A DNA stretch of 64,000 nucleotides from Caecitellus pseudoparvulus (taxonomy: Eukaryota; Protista; Bigyra: Bicosoecida), in assembly GCA_965644315.1 (NCBI GenBank), contig CBFFRQ010000013.1:372001-436000 (forward strand). The letters are read 5' to 3'. The position numbers and the translations under genes were made by a program. Below, in pieces: positions 46,957 through 60,328 of this stretch (within the stretch, counting starts at the first letter, position 1; each line of letters starts with the position of its first letter). A model generated the notes under the pieces. That model did not search any database. It was not told the origin of the DNA and saw only the letters and a list, made by a program, of their open reading frames with translations.

Positions 46957-48443
46957 ATGGCCGAAAGGAAAGTCACAAGTGTCGTCAACCCCGTTCATGC
47001 CAACAAGAGGGCCAGCATGTCAAGCAGCACAGCGGAGCCACCGAAGTGTGCGTTGCGCCGCCACTTGCCCTTGGCAGCACCAGCAACGCTTGTGAAACCC
47101 TCACCGCTCCGCCGCCACAGCGTCGGACTTCTTGCAGCAGCGCCTGCGCGCATGGCAGCCCATCCTGACGCCCAACTGGGTCATCATGTCCTTTTGCCTC
47201 GTTGGCGTCGTGTTCGTCCCCGTGGGCTTCATCCTGCAAGGCCAGAACGAGCAGGTACGTTTCTGCCGCAGCTTAGCCAGTGGAACCTCCTCCTCGACTC
47301 CTCTCCAGCAATGTGCGCGGCGCCTGCATTGCCCTCCGCCCCCCTCCCCTCTCCTCAGGTTGTGGAAGTGCTGGAGACGTATGATGCTGGCAATGGCAAC
47401 GGCGCCTGCGCCATCACCTCCAGCTACTCCAATGTGCCGCCGGTCAACGTGACGGATGGCTGCAGGCTGAACCCCACCACCGGAGAGGTCAGGTACAACA
47501 ACAGCGGCTTCCTGCCCTGCAACGTGACCTTGGAAATCCCTGAAGACATGGCCAGCCCGGTGTACGTGTACTACGAGCTGGAGAACTTCTACCAGAACCA
47601 CCGGCGCTATGTCAAGTCTCGCGATGACACCCAGCTGTCAGGCGGCAAGGTCATCACAGACGAGGCCAAACTGACCAACTGCGACCCCCTGGTGAAGGAT
47701 GACCTGGCGGGCTTTGGCTATGGCTGCGGCTCTCGCCTCCTGCACCCCTGTGGCCTCATCGCCAACAGCATGTTCAACGGTATGCAGTGGCGAGACGAGG
47801 CGCCGCCGCCCAGCACCCACGCACGCACACCCCTCCCGTGCCCCACAGACACCTTTGACTTCGGCCTGGATGCCTCTATCGGCGACAAGTTCAAGGACAC
47901 GGACATCGCGTGGGAGACTGACGTGAAGCAGAAGTTCAAGGCTGTGGCGCCCAGGGAGCGCGTGGACAACCAGAACTCGCACTTCTTCCTCTCTCAGATG
48001 TACCCAGGTGCGTGGCCTGGCCCCAGCACGCGCGAAGAGTGCGCAGGGTAAGCACGCCCCGCCCCTGCCCCCTCACAGGCGTCTTCCCTCCCGGCAAGGC
48101 CAACATTGAGAATGAGCACTTCATCGTGTGGATGCGGGTGGCAGCCCTGCCCACCTTCCGCAAGCTGTACGGCCGCATCGAGAAGGACCTGAAGAAGGGG
48201 GACAAGATCACGGTGCAGGTGCACAACCGCTTCAACGTCGCCGCATTCAAGGGCAAGAAGAGCCTGGTGCTGTCCACCACCTCCTTCTTGGGCGGTAAGA
48301 ACCCCTTCCTGGGCATCGCCTACATCACCGTCGGCTTCGTCTGCATCGCCCTTGCAGCAGCCTTTGCCCTCAAGTCTGCCTTCCAGCCACGCGCCACGGG
48401 GGACACGCAGTACTTGCAGTGGACCCCTGCCCGTGCTAGTTGA
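46957..48443 (+). CDS. CDC50: CDC50/LEM3/ALIS P4-ATPase flippase beta subunit, multi-exon (start could be 47017)
   Basis: QQRLRAWQPILTP, YYELENFYQNHRRYVKSRDD.QL, PCGLIANSMFND, EHFIVWMRVAALPTFRKLYG, GGKNPFLGIAY. Confidence 0.93.
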
Positions 48444-48630
48444 TTTGCGACACGCCCTGCTGGCACAGCCAATGCACACACCGCGACACAATGCCATGCC
48501 CCCTGCTGCTGGTTCCACTCGGCAGACTTCCTCGTGCACACATTCTGCGGGGGCTCTGCATGCTGCTCCACCGCCACACGCCTGGCTTGCCCTCCCTTCC
48601 CGGGCACTGGTGGTCCACAAGCAGTGCCCC

Positions 48631-51600
48631 ATGAAGGGGCTCACCGCCCTCGTACTGCTGTTGCCTCTCCTTGCGAGGGGGAGCAATGACTGCGTCTTTC
48701 GCTGTAGAGGGCGAGGGTACTGCACTGCTGATGGAGGGGAAGTGTGCGAGTGCTGGGCTCCCTGGAGTGGAGCTGCGTGGGACTGCTCTGAACGTGAGAC
48801 TCCTGCAGCACCAGCAGCTGCCTGCACAGCACACACGCATCAGAGCACACATGCCTCCTGCAGAAGCATGTCCAACTGGGCGTGCATGGGCAGACCATGC
48901 GAGTGATGATGGCTCCGCCCACCGGGAAGGCGCAGTCTGTAGTGCACGGGTGGGTGCTGCCTGCGGCGTGTGGTCACACGATGCAACGCGCACGAAACGC
49001 AGCATGCCCTCTTGCCCAGGGAGACTGCATTCATTCCAAAGGCTCATGTCTTTGTGACACGTCCTTCACGGGGGAAGCCTGCCAACGGAGTGCGTGTGAC
49101 TGGGCACGAAGCCCTGCCAGGCACCAGGCGTGAGCCAATCACACACGCCCTGCCGTCACAGGGAACTGCCCGGTGGGAGGAAGCCCCGCGGTCGCATGCT
49201 CAGGGCATGGGCGATGCATGACCATGGCAGCAGCCGCATGGGAACAGGACGCATCGGCACTGCACCAACACGTGCGCTACGAAGGCTGGGACGCGGACAT
49301 GCTGACGGGGTGTGTCTGCGATCCTGGCTGGGAAGGGCACAACTGCGCTGACGCTGCCTGCCCGAAGAACGTGGACTTGCATGCCCCGAACGTTGAAGTG
49401 CAGACCATCACCACCACAGCACAGCACCAGAGCGAAGTGCAGCGACTGTCACTGGGCGTGTCTACCCCCGCCAACGCACTGCCTGAAGTGCAGGAGTTCT
49501 TCATCGCCTTCGACGCCAGCCGAACGCAGCTGCCTGTGGGTGACTTCAGCATCCGCTTTGATGCAAGGTACGCTATTCGCGAGCGCGTCTTGCTGGGAGC
49601 GCCAGCCTCCTCTGAGTGTGCGTACTGCAGCCATGAGCCGGAAGCACGGGCGCTATTCTCCGCGGACCTGGAGTTGCACCGATTCGGCTCAGCAGCCACT
49701 CGGGCAGCTGCAACAGCTGCCCTGATCGAGCAGGCGCTCGAGTCTTTTGCCGTGATTGATGACGTCGTCGTCACTGGGGCGCTGGAGACCTCTCTGTACT
49801 ATGGCTACAAGTTCACGGTGACCTTCGTGGGACCAAAAGTGCGCGGGACGCTGCCCGCCATTCAAACTGTCGATGTCACCACGCTGGGAGCCGTCCCGCA
49901 AGCGGAGGCAACTCGAACCGTGGTTGGCTCACACTTGACGGGGCCAGTTGTGCTGCAGTACGACAGCAGCTTATCGTTCCAAAGGCTGGACTTGTTGGAC
50001 GTGCTGGCGACCACCACACATGCCGACTGCGCCCTCGCCTACCCAGCCTTCTTCGACGAAGTGGACGGGGACTGCCTGGGAGTGAACTCTTCTCCAGAGA
50101 AAGTGAAGCGAATTCTGGAATTACTCCCTAATGTGGACACGGTCGAGGTGACGTTTGAGCATGCCACGCCAGCTGGCATCGAGTGGGTGGTCTCCTTCAC
50201 CAGCGGCCTTTACAGCCAGGGAGACATCGCTGACGTGGGGAGTCCAACCTTCCCCACAGACACGACAGCGGTGCAGGACGCCAGTGGGTCTGCTCTGGGA
50301 GCGCCCCTGCTGACCACCACCACCCTCGCGCATGGCAGGTTCCTGGACTACGACAGCAAGTTTGGCCTCTCCATCTCGTGGGACGGCGACACCTTCACGA
50401 CAGAGATGACTGCAGGGCAGTCTGCCGCAACCTTGGAAGCTGCCATAGAGGCCTGGGACCTTGGTGGTGGGCCGACATACCGCATTGGTGACATTGCTGT
50501 GAACCGCTTTGTCGCTGCTCACACGAACGAAGACGCTGACACGTACATGGGGGAGCTGTCTTGGGCGGTCACCTTCGTGGACGTTGCAGAAGACGTGCCG
50601 ACCATGACTTTTTCCGCAGCAGTGACACCTTCTGAGCGTTTGACCGCCGAGCCGACCTCTGGGCCGGACCAGGGTGGCGCAGCTGTCATCGTGTCAGCCG
50701 AGAGCAAGCACTCTGAAGTCATCACGGTGCGGAGCAAGGTGGACGCCGTGAAGGAACGCCAGCGAATAGACGTGGATGGCTCGGCTGCCGCAGATGTCGA
50801 TGAGGTCTTCACCATCACTGTGACCTCCACAGACACCACATGGCCGAAAGGGTACCTGAGGGTGCAGTTCGACAGCACCGGCGCCAAGTGCCCCATGTGC
50901 AGCATCAAGGGCACCCACGCGCACTCTGGAACAGACGGTGACTTTCTGCACCTTCAAGGCTGGCCTGACTCGCAAGGGGTTGACTTCAACGCCGGTGACC
51001 CAGCGCACATTGCCTACTTGGAGGGCCGGGCAGCCGCCTCCACGAAAGCCGCCCTGGAGCGCTTGCCGAACATTGGCCTGGGTGGCGTAGACGTCAGTGC
51101 AACCATGACATCAGATGCCACGCCCTCGTACACGTACACGCTCAGCGTGACATTTTCAGGGGTGACGGTGGGAGGGGACATTGACGACGCCGCCCTGACC
51201 CTGCTTCCGTTTGCCGACGGTACAACCCTTTCACACGCTGCCATGGCATTCAACCGCTTCATTGACGGTCTGGTGCGGGAAACGTACATTGACGAGAGCA
51301 CTGCGGTGACAACGTCAGTGAGCAGCACCCAGGATGGAGCCCTGCTGATGGGGGACTTGAGCTTGACGTACGACCCCAGTGACGCGCTGACCAATCACCC
51401 GACGGTTCCAACGGCTGAGCCCACCACGGCTGTCGTAGACTTGTCCACACTGATGACGACCACGGGCATCACCGCACCTGCTCTGGAGGATGCTCTCGAG
51501 GGCGCGCTGGCTGAAGTTGAGTCCGGCTCCCTGGACGTCAGCGTGCACTTCGACGGCACCCACAGCTTCTCCGCATACATAACATTCGACACAAAGCTTG

Positions 51601-53969
51601 TCGCGGGGGTGGTGGTGGGGGCTGCCAATCGTGGAACGCGAGCAAAGCTGGGGTGCGATGCCTCAGCCGTGTCCGTCCAGCAAGCTGCGCTGGAAGGCGT
51701 GCCTACACCTCTCGCTGGGGCTGTGACCTGCTCGCCCCTCGACGGGCGGGATGCTTGCAAGCTGTGCAAGAAAGGAACGTACCTGTTCGGAACGTGGCGG
51801 CTGCTGCTCAGCTATGACGGCGTGCACCGCTCAACCCAAGAGCTACAGTGGGATGCAGATGGGTCCGCGGTGCAAGCGGCGGTGGCAGGGCTGTTCGACG
51901 CTTCTTTCCGAGAACTTCGAGACATCACTGTCAGCTCCTCAGAGTACATACTAAACACTGCCGAGTCATTCAAAGCTGCGTCGTTCGGGGAGCGTGAGTG
52001 GGCAATCTCGGCACCTGGCTCAAAGCAAGGACTGTTCAATGCCACAGCAGAGCCAGTCACGCTGACTGGCATCTTCAGCGACGCCGCTGGCGAGCACCTT
52101 GCGGGTTTCTCTCAGCCAATCATCACGCCTGGATCCCCTCTGGGCGGTGTGGATGAAGTGCAGCTCTTGGAGTGTGTGTGCGGTTCGGGCACTTGCAGCG
52201 GCGCATTCAAACTGAGCCTGCTGGGGGCCAGCACTGCAGCCATTCCACACGATGCGAGCGCAGCAACGGTTCGCAGTGCGCTCCTAGCTGCCTTCCCAGC
52301 CATCCCCACTACATCCCCCATCACAGACATTGAGGTCAGTATCCTGCCGACGACCTCTTCCAGCGTGTGCGAGGGGGGAGCGGCAGTCACCACTGCTGTG
52401 CGCTTCAAGCACTGGCTGGGCAACCTGCCCACAATGGCGGTGGACCCCAGCGATCCGACGGCCATGACACTCGCTGCAAGCTCAGGAGCAGTCCAATTCC
52501 GTATCAAAGGACAACAGGGTCAGCATGGCACGGCAGGGTTCGCTGCTCGCGACGGGACAAAGCGCGGAGTGCCTTGCTCAGGCCGAGGCACCTGTGTCCC
52601 GGGGTCCGCCACCGCGCTGCCAACCTGCGAGTGCCTGCGAGACCCGAGCCAGGTGGCGCCTGCCACGCTGTACACAGGCCATGACTGCTCTGAGAGGAGC
52701 ATCACTCCCACCTCCTGCCCTGTGAACAGCGCAGGGGTGCCGTGCAGCGGGCATGGCACATGCTCTGGGCCTCCCAGCTTCAGCTGCACGTGCTCGGAAG
52801 GGTACACAGGGCCAGAGTGTGCTGCCTTGGCTTGCCCAACTGCCAATGCTTGGTTCGACGAGGCTGTGAGCAAAGAAGTCGCACATGGACGCGTGGCTTG
52901 TGCCGGCATGGGGGACTGCTCAGCCAAGGGAGAGTGCGCTTGCAGAAGCTCGTTCAGCGACGGTCGTGCGTGTCAGACCCTTCGCTGTCCAGCGAGCGAC
53001 AGTGGGTGTGGAGGGCGAGGCCACTGCATGACCATGGCTCAGCTGGGACAGTCTGGGGTCAGTTCAACCACCGGCCGGGGCGGGAACAGCTACTACGACG
53101 GTCCGTGGGACGCTCACATGCTCACGGGGTGCTACTGTGGCGACGGCGTCCTCACGAAAGTCGGGCCCCGCCGCTACGAATGGGGCGAAGTGCTGGGGTG
53201 GAGGTGTAGCCACAAGCACTGCCCGGGTGGGGAGGACCCGAAGCGCATGCGGCGCTCCACGTGGGGGGGTGTGGGTCACGAAGTGCAGCAATTCTCATGC
53301 ACTGGCGATGCTGGCGACGGCTTCTTGCGCATCACCTTCCGGAACAGCACCACGACGTGGCTGGATGCAGACGCACCCTCGCGAGATGCTGACCAGGTGT
53401 TCACAGGGCCTTCCTTGAGTGTTGAGGCAGCCTTGAACGAGTTGCCCGAGCTCTTCGGCGTGCAGGTGTCAAGCGACGATGCCCAGCTGTGCAAGCCGGC
53501 CGGCGCCACGACCATGGTCACGTTCAGGGGCAGGCATGGCTTGGATCCAGGCATGTTGCTTGTGGAGGCCAATGGGACCCTTGCGGTGTCCGCTGTCACG
53601 CGGCGGGTGCCCTCGACGTTGGGGAACTTTGAGTGCAACCGACGGGGGGTGTGCGACCATCGCACCGGCCAGTGCAGGTGCCAGCCGGGATACGGCAGCA
53701 GCAGTGGAAATAACACCGCAGGTGACAAAGGCGATTGCGGGCATGCAGACGTCGACTACTTGTCGGCGTACCTGCGCAGTGCAACGGTGCATCCGGGGAC
53801 CGGCGCAGTTGTGTTCAATGGGGAGCCCGGAGCTGTGTTTAGCCCGCAGAACTTCGATTTCAACGCGACGTCCCTGGACAGCATCCTGGCCGCCCATGCC
53901 AGTGGCGGGCTCAGCGAGGGTGACGCACTCCAAGCCATTATGGTGCAGTTGGTGACAGACTTTCCGTGA
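48631..53969 (+). CDS. Large secreted EGF-repeat protein of the stramenopile mastigoneme (Ocm/Sig-like) type, 3 short 5' introns
   Basis: Signal peptide MKGLTALVLLLPLLARG; CP.G.AW.D..AH..CS..G.C and CSGHG.C...Y..WDA.M..GC.C cassettes at both ends; repeated EVQ-initiated modules in between. Confidence 0.8.
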
Positions 53970-54185
53970 AGGTAGGCGAGCTCAAGCGCCCTCCGGGCAC
54001 AAAAATCCACACTCATATCGCCTGGTGTGACACAGTTCGAAATCCAAGTGCAAGGAGCACGCGCTGCCCCTCTTGCCCTGTCCCTGCCACCCCAAAGAGC
54101 AGGCCTGTGTGTGCACCAGAGAGGCGGAGCGGCACCACTGCCCTGAGCATCTTCCGCAGCAAGCCCCAGCGGCCACAGTTCAGTC

Positions 54186-55554
54186 ATGGCCACGCTTCCA
54201 GTGGATGCAGGCGCAACAGCGGGTGCTGGGTACACCTACACGCAGCAGCCCTCTGCTGTCCCTCACAAGCGTGCGCGGTACCGGGACCCCAACGTGGTGG
54301 AGCTGTGAGTGCAAGAAACGGGCTCTCAACCAGCATGCCTTGGGCCGGCGCCGTGGCCTCGGCTGGCAGAAGTTCCCTCACTGACCTTGCCCCCCTGCAT
54401 CACAGTGCAAAGTCGTCTAATATCATGTGGGACAAGCGGGTGTTCCGTGGCAACACGTACGCGTCCCAGGTCATGCCGCCGGTGCGTCAAGGCGTGCGCA
54501 GAAATTTCGCGTTGCACAGCGATGCTGGCAGGGCACTGCCGCCACAGCGCCGCACGAGCTTCGCTGTGCCCGCTCGCAGTCGGCACAAGCTGAAGCAGAA
54601 CGCATTGCAGCGGACATGGAGGCGACGACGCGCCGAAGGGCGGCTGCTCGGCGGAAGCGAGCTGCAGACATGGCCCGGCCCCGGACCCCGCCCGCTGTGG
54701 CGGGGCGCCAGCACGCAGACATCCAGACGGAGACGTACTTGGAGGAGCTGTCTGACGCGCCGCCCATGGAGACGGCGGGGACGCAGACTGACGCACTGCA
54801 GGACAGGCCGCCGTCGCCACTGTTCGTGCCTGCGAAGTCTGGCGTGGACGCCGCCACCCAGATCAAGGCCGGTGAGCTGTTTGACTTCGACCTGGAGGTG
54901 GAGCCAATCTTGGAGGTGCTGGTGGGCAAGACTCTGGAACAGGGCTTGATGGAGGTGCTGGAGGAGGAGGAGCTCGCGGCCCTGCGCGCGCACCAGGAGG
55001 AGTTCGAGCAGATCCGCGCTGCGGAGCTTGCTGAAGTGCAGCGACTGGAAGCAGAGGCGGTCCGGCGAGACGAGGAGCGCAAGCGCCGCGCCGCGCAGGA
55101 AATCGCCCGCGTCAAGCGGGAAGCTGCGGTGAAGGCCAAGGTGGCTGCCACCGCCTACGCCCGCAGGTACCTCAACAGCGTGCGCACTGCGGTGTTCTCC
55201 AAGCTGCTCATGGAGTGCGCGTTCACCGACCCGCTGGCCAAGGCTGTGGAGGAGGACTTCCTGCCGGGTGTTCTGGACGGCGCCATGGCCCGACTGGCCC
55301 AGCGCGCCACTGCCACGCAGGCTGTGGACAGCGTCCTGGCAGCAGCGCTGACTGAGCAGCGCAAGCAGCTGGCAGACCACCGCGCCGCTGTTGCCGCTGA
55401 GAAGGCACGCCTGGAAGCGGAGGCTGCCGAGCGTGAGGCCAAGCGCCTTGCTGACATTGCAGCTGCAGAAGCGGCGGCCGAGGCTGCCCGGCTGGCGGAG
55501 GAGGCCGCCGCTGCCGCCGAGGGCGAGGAGTCGGAGGAGGAGGACGACTACTGA
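54186..55554 (+). CDS. RSPH3: Radial spoke protein 3 (2 introns)
   Basis: NIMWDKRVFRGNTYA, TPPAVAGRQHADIQTETYLEELSD, DRPPSPLFVPAKSGVDAATQI..ELFDFDLEVEPILEVLVGKTLEQ. Confidence 0.95.
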
Positions 55555-55750
55555 GGCACCGCCCTTGCCAATGCAATGTGTCTGCTGGGCAGGGAGGGGG
55601 GGTGGCGAGGCAGCCTGCATGTGCTCACTGCACAGGCCCGTGCCAAACTTCACCATCCCCCCAGGCCACGTGTGTTACGTTGGTCTCTCAGCGCAGACTT
55701 GCTGGCACACACCAGCACACCACGCCGGAGAACCCTTGACGATTATCATC

Positions 55751-57873
55751 ATGCGCAGCGCCGGCACCCTGCTGGCCTGCTTGGCGGCAGCGTGTGCTGC
55801 AAGCGCCTCTGCTCAAACATACATGCTGCCCATGCGGGATGGCGTCAAGGTGCGTTGCTGTTGCTGCCCCCAACCCTGCACCTGCACGTGTTTGGCACCG
55901 CCAACTCCCAAGTGCACTGCACTTCACAGCTGCACACGGATGTTGACTTGCCCCTGAACAAGGGCGAGCACCCAACAGACCTTGTGGCATACCTGGAGCG
56001 ATCCCCGTATGGGCAGGATGCGCTGGAGTTGATTGCCACTGTGTTTGCCGTGCTCCTGGACTCAGTCGGCGTGCGCCAAGGTGAGCCCGTCGCGAGCTGC
56101 CTTCTGCCGCAAGTGCAGGTGAAGTGCACCACGCTTCGCTGGCGCCCCGCGAGCAGACATGCGCGGAACGCAGCAAAGCGAGGGCCAGTTCAACATCTGG
56201 CACAGCGGCAGCAACGACTCTTATGACACCATGAAGTGGATCGCGGAGCAGTCCTGGAGCAACGGCCTGGTCAGCACGACAGGCGCCTCAGCTGATGGGC
56301 TGAACGAGTTCACCGAGGTGATCGGGCAGAACCACCCCTGGCTGCGGTCTCAGTTCATCATCTTTGCCTCCAGCTCCGGGTACGAAGTGGCCTTCCCCGG
56401 CGGCGCCGCCCGCAAGTCCCTCATCGAGCTGTGGATCGGCAGCACCGTGCCCAGCCAGGCCCCCGCCAAGATCCAGGAGGTGTACGACCACGAAGCCCCT
56501 GGGCCCTGGTGGAACGTCCTCAACGGCACTGGCAACTTCCAGAATGTCCACTTCCCTTCCGTCATGTGGGCTGGCTGGTACGACATCTTCCTCGTCGGCA
56601 ACTTGATCGGTAAGGCGGCGACGACAGGCACGTGGCACCGCGACCACTCACACGACCCACCGCCCCTCCTCCACGCACAGGCTACAACGGCTACCAGTAC
56701 CAAGCTGCCCCCGGCCACACCGGCAAGTCCAAGCTGGTGGTGGACCCCCTGGGCCACTGCCAGGCCGGCGCCAAGTACTTCCCCAAGAACACCATCCTGG
56801 GGCGGGTCCTCCTGCCCATCCTCCTGGCCTACGACATGTTCAAGGAGGACACCACTGTGCCAGAGGACGTGAAGGACGTCACCTTCTACGTCATGGGCGC
56901 CGACCCCAACGAGGACGCCGGCGCGCCAGGGAACTACTGGACAACCCTGGACGGCTTCCCAGCCTACACAGCCACCCCCTTCTACCTGGGCACGAACGGC
57001 AACCTGACCACCACCGCGCCCGGGCACGCCGGGTACTCTGCTGACTCCTACCTGTACAACCCCGCCAACCCCGTGCCCTCTGCTGGCGGGAACAACTTGG
57101 AGATCGAGTGCGGCCCCCGCGCCCAGGCTGCTCCCGGCAGCCGTGCCGATGTCAAGTCGTACGTGTCTGCACCCCTGGCGGAGGCCCTATGGGTGACTGG
57201 GCCCCTGAACGCCGTCCTGCATGTGTCCTCCAACGCCACCGACACGGACTTCACCGCCAAGCTGGTGGATGTGTACCCGGACGGCACAGGGCGCCTCATC
57301 CAGGACGGCATCGTGCGCATGCGCTGGCGGGACTGGCAGGACAGCGACGTCGCCAAGCCCATGGTGCCCGGCAAGGTGTACGAGGTGGAGGTGTCGCTGT
57401 GGAACACGTCCTACGTGTTCGGGCCCGGCCACCGCCTGCGCGTGGACATCTCCTCCTCCAACTTTCCGCGCTTCACCGTGAACCCCAACAACTTCTGCCC
57501 CCTGTCCAACCCCGCCTGTGCCCCCAACGCCACCGCCCTCAACGCCGTGCACCACTCGGCCCTGCACCCCTCCCGCATCGTCCTGCCGGTGGTGCAGCCC
57601 GCCGACCTGCCTGCCCACGGCGTGTTGGAGTCCTCCACCACTGCCCTCAAGGCCCGCCTGGACGCCTCCCCCGCCTTCGCCCAGTACATTGCCAGCCGTG
57701 CGGTGCGGGAGGGGCACTTGGAGGCCCCTGCGCCTGGCCTGCGGGGCGGTGTGGACGCCGATGCCGCGGCGCTGCAAGCCTTCCTGGCCCTGCCCGACGC
57801 TCAGCTGGCGGAGGTGGCAACCAAGGTCATGACGCAGCTGACCCTGGACTCCACCCTGGCCAGACTCCTGTGA
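55751..57873 (+). CDS. Secreted CocE/NonD family (peptidase S15) serine hydrolase, 3 introns
   Basis: Signal peptide; LPMRDGVKLHTD, RSPYG, QDMRGT..SEG, WSNG, GASADG (nucleophile), GWYDIF, DTDFTAKLVDVYPDG, GHRLRVDISSSNFPRF. Confidence 0.9.
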
Positions 57874-57957
57874 GGTGCGCCAGTTGCCCACCCCCTCCCC
57901 GTACCACTCAGTGCAATGCATTGCCAGTGCTCAGCGGCGCCTGGACCAGCCTGGCGC

Positions 57958-59253
57958 CTAGGCGTCCTCCTCCCCGGGAGGCACCTCCGCATCCACCTCC
58001 GCCGCACCGCCCGCCCGGTGTGGCCCGGACACCGCCCCTGCAGCGGCAGCTGACCGGGCCGCCTGCGTGAATGAGGCTAGGTTGTGGGTGGACCCCGCAC
58101 CATGCCCCGTGCTGTACACCGGCGCCACCCCTGCACCAGGGAAAGGCGCCCCTGCCGTCCCTGCTGACACCGTAGCAGCTTGGGCGCCACTGGTGGCAGC
58201 GTGAGACTGCCCCGGCCCTGGCGCCGGCGCCGGCGGCGGTGGGGGTGGTGGGGTGTACAGTGGGTAGCACCCCGACCCCGTGCAGTCCACGGCAATGTGA
58301 GGGAACTCCACGATCGTGGCGCCTTTGACTGCTGCTGCCAGGGCTGTGCCGCCCTGCACAGGCAGCCACTGCCGCTCACCTTTCACCCTGTAAGGGTGCT
58401 CCAGGTAGAACGCCGCTATTGGCGGGTCTTCAGACAACGCCGCCTTGGCAGCGGCGAGCTGCTCCAACGGCGCCTCACCAGCACTGCCCGACGCTTCACC
58501 CAGTGCTTCTGTCATGGCATCCAGAATGCTGTGCGTCTCAGGCACTGCTGCCGAAGTCAGCTGCAACGCAGCACTGCTGCCGCCCACATGCACAGACCAC
58601 TGCACTCGCCAGGACAGCACCTGCGTGCCAGTGTCGTAACGACTGGTGTTGTCCATTCGGCGTTGCATGCCGAGGGGCATCAGTTTCAAGCTCACGTCCC
58701 GCTCCTTCGCTGCGCGCAGCAGCAGGTGCACGTGGCGTGGCAGGTGAGGCAGGCCGAACGCCTTGCCGCCGCGCCCTCGCCCGCCACGCCCCCGCCCACG
58801 CCCCCGCCCCCGAATGGGCACCTTCATCGTGCCAATACCCTTCAAGCCCCGGTGTGCCGCGTCGTTTGTGCGGGCGACATCCTCCAAGAAGTGGTAGTCA
58901 CGCAGCAACATGCTCTCGTCGAACTCCCGGAGCGGCGCGAAAACACTGCGTGGGCGCTTGCCGCTGCACCCACTGTCTTCCTTGTGCTTCCGCACACACT
59001 CAACACTGCATGTCATGCAAGCGCAGGCCGGGCACTTGTACCGCGCAGGCTTGCCACACTTGGAACAGGCTTCCTCCGCTGGCCTGGCTCGCTTTCGTGT
59101 CGCGGCTACTGCGGCAGCCTTAGCACGCTGCTCCAGCACCAGATCAGCTGCACTTTCAGCTGTGTGAGTCGTGTCCAATTGTTCCTCTGCGGAATTGCTG
59201 TCTTGCTGCACGTGCGATCCTTGCGTCGAGTGGGGAGGCACCTGCTGCGACAT
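57958..59253 (-). CDS. ZNHIT6: Box C/D snoRNP assembly factor Bcd1/ZNHIT6
   Basis: HIT zinc finger CSKC..ARYKCPAC...TCSVECVRKHK...CSGKR, LLRDYHFLEDV, MPLGMQRR..N.S, IVEFP. Confidence 0.9.
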   Translation of the reverse strand: MSQQVPPHSTQGSHVQQDSNSAEEQLDTTHTAESAADLVLEQRAKAAAVAATRKRARPAEEACSKCGKPARYKCPACACMTCSVECVRKHKEDSGCSGKRPRSVFAPLREFDESMLLRDYHFLEDVARTNDAAHRGLKGIGTMKVPIRGRGRGRGRGGRGRGGKAFGLPHLPRHVHLLLRAAKERDVSLKLMPLGMQRRMDNTSRYDTGTQVLSWRVQWSVHVGGSSAALQLTSAAVPETHSILDAMTEALGEASGSAGEAPLEQLAAAKAALSEDPPIAAFYLEHPYRVKGERQWLPVQGGTALAAAVKGATIVEFPHIAVDCTGSGCYPLYTPPPPPPPAPAPGPGQSHAATSGAQAATVSAGTAGAPFPGAGVAPVYSTGHGAGSTHNLASFTQAARSAAAAGAVSGPHRAGGAAEVDAEVPPGEEDA

Positions 59254-59716
59254 GGCTGAGAAAGCGGAAATTGAATCACGCCGGTCCAAGGATCGCCCTG
59301 AATGGACGGCAAGAGAGCAGAAACGACCTTGGAGATGCTCATGTGGTTTCTGCAGGGGCGGGTGTTGTTGATGGGCGTCTTGGTTTTACTATCCCGGCCA
59401 TATTTGCCCTGCCAGGCGAAGAAAAGAAATCTTATGATTTACAGCAGGCCTGCTTAGCGTACGTGGGTACTTCTTTTTACAGCTGTATTTGTCCCCAGTG
59501 CTTGCAGAAACCATTTTCAATATCTGAATGCCTCACATCCCACCCACGGATCAAAAAGGCCGCGCACAAGTTAGTCCTTTGCATCAGCAAGTGTTGTAGC
59601 CCAAGACCTGCACTCCTCGCACGTCCAGCGCGAAGCGCTGGCTGCCGTCGCAGCGACACTGGTGTCCAGCTCCGAGTCTATAGCTTGTAGCGGCCACTGC
59701 AACGCAGAGCTCCAGG

Positions 59717-60049
59717 ATGTCGACGGGGGAGAAGCTATCGTTTGTTGACCAGGTCCGGTTTAGGGATGTAAAGGTACGCTGGGTGCTGCAGGAGCGACTG
59801 GCCAGCGCACACGCCTTGCCCGTTTCGCCGCTGTTGATTGCTGCGCAGGCTGAGCAGAAAGCGTCCAACGCGGCGTACCTCCAATCCCACCCAGAGATCA
59901 ACGCGATGCTGAACGACTTCATGACTAGCATGCTGCTCCAGAAGCCGGACGACCCGTATGCCTTTGCCTCTCAGCACTTTGCCCTGATTGGCACGGCCAT
60001 CGGACTGGACAGTGCGCAGGGCGAGGCCGAGGGCAAGCAGGGATCTTGA
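59717..60049 (+). CDS. Small RIIa/Dpy-30-type dimerisation-docking domain protein (1 intron)
   Basis: NAAYLQSHPEINAMLNDFMTSMLLQKPDDPYAFASQHF. Confidence 0.75.
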   Translation: MSTGEKLSFVDQVRFRDVKVRWVLQERLASAHALPVSPLLIAAQAEQKASNAAYLQSHPEINAMLNDFMTSMLLQKPDDPYAFASQHFALIGTAIGLDSAQGEAEGKQGS

Positions 60050-60328
60050 GGCCGGTGGACTGCATCCCACTACGAGTGAGGTTCGCAAGGCACTTATGTC
60101 GGGGGGAGGCAGTGTGGGGGCGCTCTGTGGCGGAGAAGGAGGGGCGGAGCAGCCCGTCAAACTGCCTGGACAAATTCAGCTGTGCGCGTGTCACTACTTT
60201 CGGGCACGCTGCTGAGCGGACCCGAACACCCCCTTGAAAGAGAACTTGCCCGGGTGCTGCTTGCCGCAGCTCGTTCGCAGGAGCCGATCCTGGGTTGCTC
60301 CGCTGCCGTGCTTTGACCGCTGCGCCAA

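Noticed and set aside
59380-59600. AT-richer stretch as a possible snRNA
   Set aside because: No recognisable Sm site or U-snRNA motif; consistent with the divergent BCD1/RIIa promoter.
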